Assembly (NCBI RefSeq): GCF_006345805.1
Contig: NC_043008.1
Span: 18,972,001 to 19,036,000, forward strand
Reading direction: 5' to 3'
DNA length: 64,000 nt
From: Octopus sinensis
Taxonomy: Eukaryota
Below the pieces are notes generated by a model. The model worked only from the letters and a program-made list of their open reading frames with translations, did not search any database and was not told where the DNA came from. The translations under genes and the position numbers were made by a program. Positions 63,794 through 64,000 of this stretch are shown here, in pieces. Positions within the stretch are counted from its first letter, which is position 1, and each line of letters starts with the position of its first letter.

Positions 63794-63860
<67 letters not shown>

Positions 63861-63947
63861 AGAGTTTACAAAAAAAACAAAAGACGAAGACAGGTAATGT
63901 ACAAAACAAACAGATGTATTAGTATAACGCTCAGGAATAGAAAAAGT

Positions 63948-63983
63948 ATTTTACGTTTCGAGCCTATGCTCTTCTACAGAAAG
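63948..63983 (-). ncRNA. Minimal hammerhead-like motif, A6U variant core
   Basis: Minus strand: cttt-CTGTAGA-A-GAGC(atag)GCTC-GAAA-CG-TA|aaat. A related degenerate copy is at 13418-13454. Confidence 0.45.
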
Positions 63984-64000
63984 GTACCAGAAAAAAAAAA

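Overview
AT-rich, microsatellite-saturated animal genomic DNA. It is most likely an octopus (coleoid cephalopod); this is inferred from recalled similarity to octopus tRNA-derived SINE families and was not database-checked. There is one 100-N scaffold gap at 26177-26276. Nearly all ORFs in the supplied track are microsatellite or transposon artefacts. The one well-supported host gene is a divergent M13 (neprilysin/ECE-like) type II membrane peptidase on the minus strand. Seven exons between 43991 and 27290 splice in frame (about 248 aa: TM anchor, C-x4-C, PCDDFY..C..W, SC, D.KNS). I could not find canonical HExxH or GENIAD exons. The most striking non-coding signal is a dense set of type I hammerhead ribozyme motifs: about 12 in 64 kb, five with intact canonical cores. 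They sit in Penelope-like or retrozyme-like repeats, including a divergent ribozyme pair inside a 370-bp palindrome and a 426-bp direct-repeat unit; most of those inside the peptidase gene lie on its sense strand. Other notable structures: head-to-tail stacks of R4/Dong-like RLE retrotransposons in (TAA)n microsatellites, a TSD-flanked 5'-inverted (twin-priming-like) RTE insertion, a 16 x 79-bp intronic minisatellite with one TGACTCA per unit, long hairpins next to coding exons, and SINE multimers with a fixed junction. All calls were made by eye; repeat boundaries are approximate.
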